DNA of 64,000 nucleotides from a virus. Below the pieces are notes generated by a model. It saw only the letters and a program-made list of their open reading frames with translations. It made no database searches and had not been told where the DNA came from. A program made the translations under genes and the position numbers. Position 1 is the first letter of the stretch, and every line of letters begins with the position of its first letter. Location of the stretch: IMG/VR virus record IMGVR_UViG_3300008055_000251. The stretch is one strand, 5' to 3'. This document shows, in pieces, positions 52,712 through 60,853 of the stretch.

Positions 52712-53974
52712 TTACTTAGTGGCGGTGAGGGGACGCTTCCAGGCTTCCGCTTGCTTGGCGCGGTAGGTGTCTACCGAGGAAGCAGAGCCACGGCCAGCAC
52801 CTTTCAGTGCGTCGCGGAGGGAAGTGGTGCTGTCGGCGCGGTCCTCCTTGGTCTCAGGCTCGTCGCCTTCGTCCTCGGGGGTTTCTTCGCCTGCTTCGTC
52901 CTCGTCGGCATCAGCGCGGGCGGCGAGAATGCCGTCAACAACGCCCTGGATGTAGCCAGATTCAGCGTCTTCGCGAGGAGCGGAGCCTGTGAGGTTCTCG
53001 AACGCCTGGGCGTAGAGGTCCTCGTTATCGATGCCGTCGAATTTGAAGTCTTCGGCGAAGGCGGGTGCCAGCTTCTGCAGCGTGGCGAGGCGAGCAGCGA
53101 CGAGTTGGTCGAGCTCGGCGGTGTCGATGCGGGAGGAAGAGCCGTTTTCGAGCTCGGTGACGCGCTCTTCGAGGGCGTCAGCACGGCCTTCGGCCGCTTC
53201 CTTTTCGTAGGCGAGGGCGTCGATCTCTTCCTGCTGCGCATCGAGCTTGGTGGCAAGCTGATCGCGCTCAGTAGTCACAGACTTGAGCTGGCGCTCCATG
53301 TCCCGTGCGAAGGACTGGACCGCGCTAGCTGCTTCTGCGGGCAGATCGATCTCCAGGCCGTCGAGTTTGACGGAAGCCATTACGGGAGATGCAGGTGTAC
53401 AGGGCTGGAGCGCCGGATCGAAGGCGACGGCATCAGCCGCATCCATGCGATCCATGAGCAGGCGAACCTCCGGGCCAGCCCGGCCGCGGGGGACGATCGC
53501 GATGTGGTTCACCCGGATGTTGCGCTGAACGCCGTCGTAGGACTCGCCCTCGGGGGTGATACCGGGAGTCGGGTCGAAGTCGACCTTGTAGCCGGCAGAG
53601 ACCTCAGTGGCGTCTTTGCGCTTGATCTTTTCGATGCTGTCCTGGTCAGTGACGACTAGGGCCACTTCGACAAAACCGTCGTTGTACCGGACCTGGCTAC
53701 CGGAGTAACCGACCTGGAACTGCTTGGTATTGGCGGAATCGAGAAGAACAGGTGGGTGACCCCACGTTGCGGGTTTCATGCCGAACGTGGAGAGCGATTC
53801 CGGGGAACTGACCTCTTCTGGAGGACGGTATTCCCGGACCTGGGAGCCATCCGCGCGCTTGTAGAGCTGAGTGCCTACACGCGCAGCACGACACCAGACG
53901 CGGAGATAACCCTCGTCGGTGGTTTCGCTGCCCGTAATGGGCGCGAAATCGTAGCGATAAGCGGATGCTGCCAT
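52712..53974 (-). CDS. DUF2213 prohead protease/scaffold protein
   Basis: YRYD start, TDEGYL, TWGHP, EVSAGY, QRNIRVNHIAIVPRGRAGPEVRL; acidic coiled-coil C-terminus. Confidence 0.9.
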   Translation of the reverse strand: MAASAYRYDFAPITGSETTDEGYLRVWCRAARVGTQLYKRADGSQVREYRPPEEVSSPESLSTFGMKPATWGHPPVLLDSANTKQFQVGYSGSQVRYNDGFVEVALVVTDQDSIEKIKRKDATEVSAGYKVDFDPTPGITPEGESYDGVQRNIRVNHIAIVPRGRAGPEVRLLMDRMDAADAVAFDPALQPCTPASPVMASVKLDGLEIDLPAEAASAVQSFARDMERQLKSVTTERDQLATKLDAQQEEIDALAYEKEAAEGRADALEERVTELENGSSSRIDTAELDQLVAARLATLQKLAPAFAEDFKFDGIDNEDLYAQAFENLTGSAPREDAESGYIQGVVDGILAARADADEDEAGEETPEDEGDEPETKEDRADSTTSLRDALKGAGRGSASSVDTYRAKQAEAWKRPLTATK

Positions 53975-54026
53975 GAAGGCAGCTTAAGGCTTATTGCTGC
54001 AAGCGTTAGGCTGATTCGGATAGCGT

Positions 54027-54251
54027 ATGGCCGGAGTGGCGATCTATCGACAGCTTGCACTTTGTGAGCGTATTAGACAGCTAAGAGTAAAATCGGGATA
54101 TACTCAGTCGCAGATAGCGGATAAGCTTGCTATTAGTCAAGCGGCGTATTGTCGGCTGGAAAAAGGGGAGATTGAGTTTGCAGTATCGAAGTTATTTGAG
54201 TTAGCAGACTTGTATGGGATCTCGGCCTCTGCGCTGATCGAAGGGCTTTAA
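54027..54251 (+). CDS. XRE-family HTH protein
   Basis: IRQLRVKSGYTQSQIADKLAISQAAYCRLEKGE. Confidence 0.85.
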   Translation: MAGVAIYRQLALCERIRQLRVKSGYTQSQIADKLAISQAAYCRLEKGEIEFAVSKLFELADLYGISASALIEGL

Positions 54252-54412
54252 GCGTTGTAGACCTCGGTGTGATAGACCACAGCGCCCTCGGAGATCAGGC
54301 GGCGGCGGATGTCAGTGGCTTCGTGGGCAGGGCAAAGAAGCGTCTGGGCTCCGGCGTGGTTCCAGAACCAGATTCGGGTGATGGCGTGCTCGGGGGGATG
54401 AGCGGGTTTCAC
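54248..54412 (-). CDS. small hypothetical protein
   Basis: GTG start overlapping the stop of 54409-55458 (GTGA): MKPAHPPEHAITRIWFW... Confidence 0.55.
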   Translation of the reverse strand: MKPAHPPEHAITRIWFWNHAGAQTLLCPAHEATDIRRRLISEGAVVYHTEVYNA

Positions 54413-55458
54413 CGGCGTGATGTCTTGCCTGAGCACTTCCACTTCGCCCGGGAAAGGCACAGCGGTGTGTTGCGCTCGGCGCCGGAGCAGTCGTAGCCCT
54501 CGGATTTCATGTCACCGAAGCTGCGGGCGCAGTAACGGTCGCCTTTTTCGGTGCCGGGGGCGATGGTGTAGCCCTTAGCGCCGTAGCGGACCTTGTTTTT
54601 GCGGCCGGTCTCGGGGTTGGTGACGACTTTGGTGTACTTCTTGCCGTCCTCGGTATCAGCCTGAGCTTTCTTCTGAGTAGGCACGCAGTTGGGAACCATC
54701 CGCTTGCCCTTGGGCTTCATGCCCACCTGCTCATAGCCCTCCCAGCAAGCGTCGCGGCGGGTGGGTGGCTGGAGTTGCGTAGGGGCGTAGTGCTGGATGT
54801 AGTTGTCGGTCCGGCCGAAACCTTGGGGCTTGCGGCGACGGGGTTGACCGGTGCGGGGATCGAAGGGGATGGCCTCGCGCTCGGGAGTGAAGCTGCTGGG
54901 GGTGAGCTTTGGTTGGGTGCCTTCAGGGAGACGCCGTTGATCAGGGGCGCGATACCCAGGCTCGAACCGACGGCGGGCGGCCTCGGTGCGGAGACGAAGC
55001 TCGCGGAGCGTGGTCTTGGCGGCCATGCCCGTGGCTTCGCCGGCAGCGGCCATGGTGTTGCCGATTTGGGCGATGCGGCGGACTTCTTCGCGGGCGGTCT
55101 GAGCGATGCCGGCCTCTGCGTTCTTCACCGCTGCTGCGGTGTTGGCGCGCATGCGCTGTGTTTTGGACTGGCGCGGGGGCGCAGCTTGTAGCAAGGCGCG
55201 CGGCGACGAACCAGGGAGGCGTGGTGTAGGCGAGGGACCTACCGGATTTGAGGAGGTCGAGCCCGAGGGGCGAGTGGAGCCGGAGCGCCCTCGCTTACTT
55301 AGGGCAGCGGCACCGAGAGCGAGAGCACTTGCTGTGAGGCCAATACCAGCAGCGATTGCGACTTTGGTGGCGGGACCCTTAGTGCATTTTTCGCCCTCGG
55401 AGATGGCACCCTTACCGCATTTCAGATCGAGGCGGATCGAGCTCGGTGTCAGTGTCAT
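54409..55458 (-). CDS. modular head-associated protein (RxD / Cys-motif family)
   Basis: MTLTPSSIRLD-LKCGKGAISEGEKC, TM-like helix, RRD-ACWEGYEQVGMKPKGKRMVPNCVP, C-terminal KVRYG...YCARS...KWKC module. Confidence 0.8.
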   Translation of the reverse strand: MTLTPSSIRLDLKCGKGAISEGEKCTKGPATKVAIAAGIGLTASALALGAAALSKRGRSGSTRPSGSTSSNPVGPSPTPRLPGSSPRALLQAAPPRQSKTQRMRANTAAAVKNAEAGIAQTAREEVRRIAQIGNTMAAAGEATGMAAKTTLRELRLRTEAARRRFEPGYRAPDQRRLPEGTQPKLTPSSFTPEREAIPFDPRTGQPRRRKPQGFGRTDNYIQHYAPTQLQPPTRRDACWEGYEQVGMKPKGKRMVPNCVPTQKKAQADTEDGKKYTKVVTNPETGRKNKVRYGAKGYTIAPGTEKGDRYCARSFGDMKSEGYDCSGAERNTPLCLSRAKWKCSGKTSRR

Positions 55459-56201
55459 AGCGAGAGTACCTCCAGATCAAAGTCGAAGCCGTCGGCATAG
55501 ATAGAATCGAGCTTGCCCCGGCGGCGCATGATCTCCTGGTAGGCCGCGTTGATCTGCTGGGCTTTGCGGGGGTCACCTCCGACATCGGGATGGTTTTCTC
55601 GCATTAGCTGGAGCCATTTCTTCTTGATGTCTGCGTCTGACGCGCCCTCGGACATACCGAGGTCTTTGAATGGGTTCGCTACAGCTTTATTGCTGCCTAC
55701 GCTGCGATTTCTCTGACCACCTGCTGCACCTGGCGCTGTTTGACGAGAACCTCCTACTGATTCCCATGTTCTATTGAAGTTTTCATTGCTTTCTCGTTGT
55801 CCTCTGTTAATTGTTTCAGCAGTTCGACGATAGCTACGGTTGAAGTCACCAAGTGACTTTGCTGCGTAACCATGAAATGCAGCAGCTCCAAGATTCGACG
55901 CAGCTATACTGGTAGCCATCAGTTGCTTTGCTCTATTCTTGGTGCGCGAACCTTCCATGGCTACACCTGAAGCTACAGCTCCAAGTGAGGCATGCATGCC
56001 CGCTAGTGCAGCAAATGCATTGGATTTAGGATGCATAGCGTAAGCCACGCTCCCTACTGCACCAGCTACTCCTCCATATTTAAGGATATTTTCTGCTAGT
56101 GAGGCTTTCGTCGCCGGGCCCTTAGTGCATTTCTCGCCTTTGGAGATAGCGCCTTTACCGCATTTGAGGTCTTGTCTGACCGTGCTCGGAGTAAGGGTCA
56201 T
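55455..56201 (-). CDS. modular head-associated protein with C-terminal J-domain
   Basis: MTLTPSTVRQD-LKCGKG...; NPFKDLG...IKKKWLQLMRENHPDVGGD...INAAYQEI (HPD motif). Confidence 0.85.
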   Translation of the reverse strand: MTLTPSTVRQDLKCGKGAISKGEKCTKGPATKASLAENILKYGGVAGAVGSVAYAMHPKSNAFAALAGMHASLGAVASGVAMEGSRTKNRAKQLMATSIAASNLGAAAFHGYAAKSLGDFNRSYRRTAETINRGQRESNENFNRTWESVGGSRQTAPGAAGGQRNRSVGSNKAVANPFKDLGMSEGASDADIKKKWLQLMRENHPDVGGDPRKAQQINAAYQEIMRRRGKLDSIYADGFDFDLEVLSL

Positions 56202-56204
56202 TGC

Positions 56205-57044
56205 TCACATCCCCAGCTGGGTGTAATCGACCTTGAAGCCTTTGGCGTACATACCGTCTTTGTAGCCAACGCTCTTGCGCCAGGCTTTTTCCTTCTTCTC
56301 GTTCTGAGCGTGCTGCTGGAGGTCGGTCATACCGAACGCGCCCACACGACGGGCTGCGCCCAAGCCACCGGATACACCAGTGAGAAGCGTCGAGCCCAGA
56401 ACGGCGGCTGCTTTGGCTCCACCGGACGCTTTCTCGTTTTTGCCTCCAGTGATGCCAGTAGCGAGTGTTTTGCCGATGTTGTAACCAGAGACCCACTTAC
56501 CGGCCTCGAGCACTCCGCGACCTGCACCTTTAGCTGCTTGGCCGACTTGGACAGCTGCGCTTGGGCCTTGGGCTTTGGTGGCGGGGCCTTTGGTGCACTT
56601 CTCGCCTTGCGAAATAGAGCCTTTGCCGCACTTGAGGTCGAGGCGCTCAGCGGCATCGAGCCGGGCGCGGATGTAGGTGCGGCTGCGGCCTTGGATGCCG
56701 AGCTCGCAAGCAGCGAGGTACTCCTGAGGGGTCAGGGCGTCATTGCGGTCCATCTTCTTGCCGCAACTGCCGTCGCAGGACGCTTTGCGCTTACCGCAGT
56801 TGCAGCCTTCGCCGTCCATCGGCTTCTTGCCGTACATGCCACCGTCCATGGGGGCTTTGGTGTGCTTGGCGCCCTTGGCGCTGCGCTTGCGGGAGTGGGG
56901 CTTGTCGCCGTCCATTTCTTCGCCTTCCATCCCCTCTTCCTCTTCACCCTCGGGCTTGATTTCGATCTCGATGGAGGGTTTCTTGCTCTTATCGGCGCGG
57001 CCTTCGCGGTAGGCGGTGGGCTTCTTGGCGGTGGAAGCGGCCAT
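56205..57044 (-). CDS. modular head-associated protein (RxD / Cys-motif family)
   Basis: RAD, RND, RLD motifs; RLD-LKCGKGSISQGEKCTKGPATK; C-terminal YKDGMYAKGF. Confidence 0.8.
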   Translation of the reverse strand: MAASTAKKPTAYREGRADKSKKPSIEIEIKPEGEEEEGMEGEEMDGDKPHSRKRSAKGAKHTKAPMDGGMYGKKPMDGEGCNCGKRKASCDGSCGKKMDRNDALTPQEYLAACELGIQGRSRTYIRARLDAAERLDLKCGKGSISQGEKCTKGPATKAQGPSAAVQVGQAAKGAGRGVLEAGKWVSGYNIGKTLATGITGGKNEKASGGAKAAAVLGSTLLTGVSGGLGAARRVGAFGMTDLQQHAQNEKKEKAWRKSVGYKDGMYAKGFKVDYTQLGM

Positions 57045-57101
57045 GACTACGGGGCGCGTCCGCCCAAGTTGGGATAGGCCAGTGTAAGAACCTATTCCTG
57101 A

Positions 57102-57974
57102 CTAGGACACAGGAACAGGGGCGATTTGCTCGAAGACGGCGGCCTTGTTGAGGGAAACGGGCTGGTCCCCTAAGCGCTTAACCGCTTGCGCGACCTCGCT
57201 TTTATGCGCTTTTCGCATATTGGCATAATCTGGGTCCATTGAGGCGATGTCAGCGTCCCAAGGTGCTAGGTAACAACGACATCTAGGGTGTAGAGGGACA
57301 CGAATATCTTGCCTACGGTAGATGTTGCCCGCTCTCGGGGCGCAGATTGGGCAGGCGCGGTCATCAGCGGTGGCGTAATACATAACAAGTTCTATGCCTT
57401 GTGCTGCGTAGTACGTATTAGAGGCGTCGTTGTAGGCACGAAGCGATTCGGTGCGCACAATCGCTTCAGCGCGGGACTTCACCACACCGAGGCGGGAGCG
57501 CAGGTCCTGGACCATGGCGTCGGTGGGGCGGCCTTCGGCTACACCCTGGGCGATCGTTGCGGCTGATGTGGCCGCAAAGCGCTCACCGTGTTTGCGGAGG
57601 TAGCCCTTGGCTTGAACCGCAGCGGCCGCGGTTGCTTCAAGAGGGATCGAAACGTCGACGCGGGGGCCGGGCTTGACCTGATCACCGAGCTCGGTTGCCA
57701 CGGTGATTCCGTATCGGGCAGCGGTTTGCAGTAGGAGACGGAGGATCCGGTCATATGCATCGATGCGATCCGCTCGGAAGACGGGAATGAGCTGACGGAA
57801 CTCCTGCAGCAGCGCCAAGTTGCGCTGGGCGGGATCGGTGTAGCCCGCCTTCATGTGGATACGAGCTCGTCGCACCAGGCGGTGGAACCCAGCGTCTAAA
57901 GCACGATCCAACATGAGGACGGTGTCGTCCTCGAGAGTGCGGAGGAGGTCGTTGTACCTCTCGACCAGCTTCAT
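57102..57974 (-). CDS. minor head protein (MuF / SPP1 gp7 family)
   Basis: RAEAIVRTE...DDRACPIC...PLHPRCRC. Confidence 0.9.
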   Translation of the reverse strand: MKLVERYNDLLRTLEDDTVLMLDRALDAGFHRLVRRARIHMKAGYTDPAQRNLALLQEFRQLIPVFRADRIDAYDRILRLLLQTAARYGITVATELGDQVKPGPRVDVSIPLEATAAAAVQAKGYLRKHGERFAATSAATIAQGVAEGRPTDAMVQDLRSRLGVVKSRAEAIVRTESLRAYNDASNTYYAAQGIELVMYYATADDRACPICAPRAGNIYRRQDIRVPLHPRCRCYLAPWDADIASMDPDYANMRKAHKSEVAQAVKRLGDQPVSLNKAAVFEQIAPVPVS

Positions 57975-60853
57975 GCGGCGAGCTTCTCGCTCATGAGGAG
58001 GTGGGTTGCGGAGCGCACGGCATCGAGAGCGTCACCGCGGGAGCGACGGAAACGTTCAGCCGCCGATTGGGTGTCACCACCTCGAATCAGTGCGGCGATG
58101 TAGTCCTCCTGTGCTTCAGGGATTGCAGTTAGCTTGCCCTGATTCTTGAGAGCGTACATTTCCCCGCCACGAAGCCCATTAAGCTCACGGAATTTGAAGC
58201 GTTTGTAGATAGAAGCACGCTTTTTACCAAGGCCATCGTCTTTGAATGGCTTGTTGAATAGAACAGCATTCTCTGGTAGTTGAGCTAGCTGGTCGTCGAA
58301 CATTGTCTTGACTTGCTTCGATACGGCGAGGGACTGCGCTTTGGATACGTCTGCTTTCTGAGAGAAGCTGAGATCAGTCTGGAAGGCGACTCCATACTTG
58401 GGGAATTGACCAGCTGCTCCCTTTCGCTCAGATACAAAGGTCACGAGGGTGTCATCAACAGAGCCAATGCTTAGTACGTGACCTGTCTTGGGATTGACAA
58501 GAGTACTGAAGTTGTTGTCGTTATCAATACTGCGGACTTCCATGCCTTGCATGTCCGCGGATATGCGTGCTAAGCCTACTTTGGCTTTCCCTAACAGCTT
58601 GCTGGCTGGTTGCTGCCATTGTTTAGGGAGCTTGCTAAGGCCCTGGCGCACATCTTTCTCAGACATTCGCTTGATGGCCTGGTCCATGTAACGGGCACCA
58701 CCCGTGTACGCAGTGATGCTTCGACGATTTTTGTAGGCTGCGCGGCCGGCTAAGGCAACTCCAGCCACAGCTCCAACAGCAAGCGCACCCTTGGCCAGGT
58801 TGCTCTTTAGATCACTACCACCGGCTTTGATGTGGCACGTCGCTGATTGCGGAATGCAGATCTTGCCGCATTGCTGTGTCCCAGGTGCGCAGGTGACGCC
58901 GGGCTCGGCTGCTCCTTTCGCACGTTGGGCAGCTTCGCGCGATTGCGCTGGAGTCGGTTTGCTGCATTTCTTGTTCTCAGCGATACCCGATTTGCCGCAG
59001 CGCTTGTCGAGGCGGTTCTGTGTCTCGAGATACGCCCGAACACGCAGTGGCAGTTGTGAGCTTGTTTCTACATCTTCCCTCTCATCATTCTTAGCCTGCA
59101 TGCGCTCGTAAGCAGCTTGAGCGGCCTCTCTCGTGGCGTAGCGAGGTGAACCATCTGGATTTTTCTGCCTCATCATGGAGGCGATTGCTTGCGCTGCGGA
59201 GCGACGACGAGCGGGGCGCGGCGTGCTGCTCTCTCCGGAAGCTGCCCTCGGTTGAGAGCTACGTGCTGTCCTAGTTGTGGCTTGAACACCTGAAGACGCA
59301 CCTCTGAAGTCTTGAGTGGCTTGAAGAATGGCAAATGCTTCTTCAGTTGATTGCACACGAGTACCACTAATTTCTTCTGCTGCTGCTCGGGCAATTCGAT
59401 CTGGAACGATAAAGGAACTGGCTTTCTTCTTAAATCCTTTTGTGTGGTAGTGTGCAAGTAAATACAATTCTTCGTGACCTTTGCCTAGGCTGGACTTGAT
59501 GGCAGCGTTGCCGGTGCGCATCATGGTCTGTACTCGAATAGCATCCGCATCTCCAATAAATTCACTGTAGCCTTTTCCTTTGAATACAGGGTCAATTAAG
59601 CTGGCTCCAGCAGTCTTGTCTAAGATCTTACCTATTTCCTTAAACTCGTTATCATAAAAGTCTACGGTTTTCTTGTAGATCTTAGATGCATAGGATCCAG
59701 GGGTGCTTGTCAGCACACTCTCGATATGCTCAGAAGTGCTCTTGCGTACTGCATCGTCTACTATGCCGTCGGTTAAGCGACGTCTAAAGCCCGCATACGC
59801 ACTCGGGTCAATATCTAGCTCCCCTCTAACAGTGCGCATTTTGAAGCCTTGCTGTTGCGCGAGCTGGACGTAATCACTTCGCTCGCGGCTTATAGATGCG
59901 GCTATCCGATCCTTCATAAATGCCGGAGACTCTAAATCACGTCCGCTCAATCCCCATTGCTGTGCTAAGAACTTCTGTGCAGAAGGTTCAGCATATATAC
60001 TCCTTTTTATGACCTTGTCACCTACTTTTACGGCTGTAGCCGCTTTCCAGAAAGCTCCACGATGCTCCTGGTTCCAGTCATAAAAACTGAGAGGCTCACT
60101 TCCTCCTTGAGGGGACCATACTGCGTTATCCACTTTGTCTAAATCCGCCTTTAGCTTATTACGTCCTTTCATCCATTCGTCGTCGATATTTGTGTTCAGT
60201 ATCCGCTCTCGGGGTGATAGGCCGGCTTCTACAGCAAAAGCGCGCTCTCGGGCGCCTGTAGCGGCCACCCGGGATGTGGCTGTGGTGCGAGTTGTGCGAC
60301 GCTGCTGGCCTAGCCCAGGAATAACGTCGAGTACAGCACTGACGCCATCACGCGCGGCTTCGTTGATACGCCTGCCAACTCCATACTTGTAGCTATTGGT
60401 GCGCATGAGAATAGCGTGTGCACCTAAAGCTCCCCCTACTACAGCGAGGCTTATCCCAATAAGTCTAGATTTTTCTTCTAGGTTTGCTTGCAGCTCTTTC
60501 TTTTGCTGAATGTTGCCAGGAGCTACTTTTACGGCTCCACGAATGATAGCTCGTTTGCCTCCTTCAATTTCAGAGAAGTTACCTTTCGGTAAGCCCTTCG
60601 TAATACGTGTGATACCTCGCTGGATGTTGGCGAGTCCTCCCAGTGGGTCTGTCTTCACCGCTCTCAGGTGCGGATCAGCTCCCTGGCCCTTCAAGCGGCA
60701 GTCCCAGTCCGGTGGGATGCAACGTCCTCCGCACTGGACATTAGGCGGTGTGCATTGCACCGTCCGACGAGTCTTGCCACCACGAAAATCCAGTCGCTCA
60801 CGAGCGGCGAGGTAGGCCGCGGTGCGGACGGTCTCGAGAGAAGGATTGCTCAT
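57971..60853 (-). CDS. large modular head-associated protein (polyvalent-like)
   Basis: 960 aa; three CG-x3-I-x5-C modules, two TM-like helices, C-terminal DDGLGKKRASIYKRFKF segment. Confidence 0.8.
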   Translation of the reverse strand: MSNPSLETVRTAAYLAARERLDFRGGKTRRTVQCTPPNVQCGGRCIPPDWDCRLKGQGADPHLRAVKTDPLGGLANIQRGITRITKGLPKGNFSEIEGGKRAIIRGAVKVAPGNIQQKKELQANLEEKSRLIGISLAVVGGALGAHAILMRTNSYKYGVGRRINEAARDGVSAVLDVIPGLGQQRRTTRTTATSRVAATGARERAFAVEAGLSPRERILNTNIDDEWMKGRNKLKADLDKVDNAVWSPQGGSEPLSFYDWNQEHRGAFWKAATAVKVGDKVIKRSIYAEPSAQKFLAQQWGLSGRDLESPAFMKDRIAASISRERSDYVQLAQQQGFKMRTVRGELDIDPSAYAGFRRRLTDGIVDDAVRKSTSEHIESVLTSTPGSYASKIYKKTVDFYDNEFKEIGKILDKTAGASLIDPVFKGKGYSEFIGDADAIRVQTMMRTGNAAIKSSLGKGHEELYLLAHYHTKGFKKKASSFIVPDRIARAAAEEISGTRVQSTEEAFAILQATQDFRGASSGVQATTRTARSSQPRAASGESSTPRPARRRSAAQAIASMMRQKNPDGSPRYATREAAQAAYERMQAKNDEREDVETSSQLPLRVRAYLETQNRLDKRCGKSGIAENKKCSKPTPAQSREAAQRAKGAAEPGVTCAPGTQQCGKICIPQSATCHIKAGGSDLKSNLAKGALAVGAVAGVALAGRAAYKNRRSITAYTGGARYMDQAIKRMSEKDVRQGLSKLPKQWQQPASKLLGKAKVGLARISADMQGMEVRSIDNDNNFSTLVNPKTGHVLSIGSVDDTLVTFVSERKGAAGQFPKYGVAFQTDLSFSQKADVSKAQSLAVSKQVKTMFDDQLAQLPENAVLFNKPFKDDGLGKKRASIYKRFKFRELNGLRGGEMYALKNQGKLTAIPEAQEDYIAALIRGGDTQSAAERFRRSRGDALDAVRSATHLLMSEKLAA

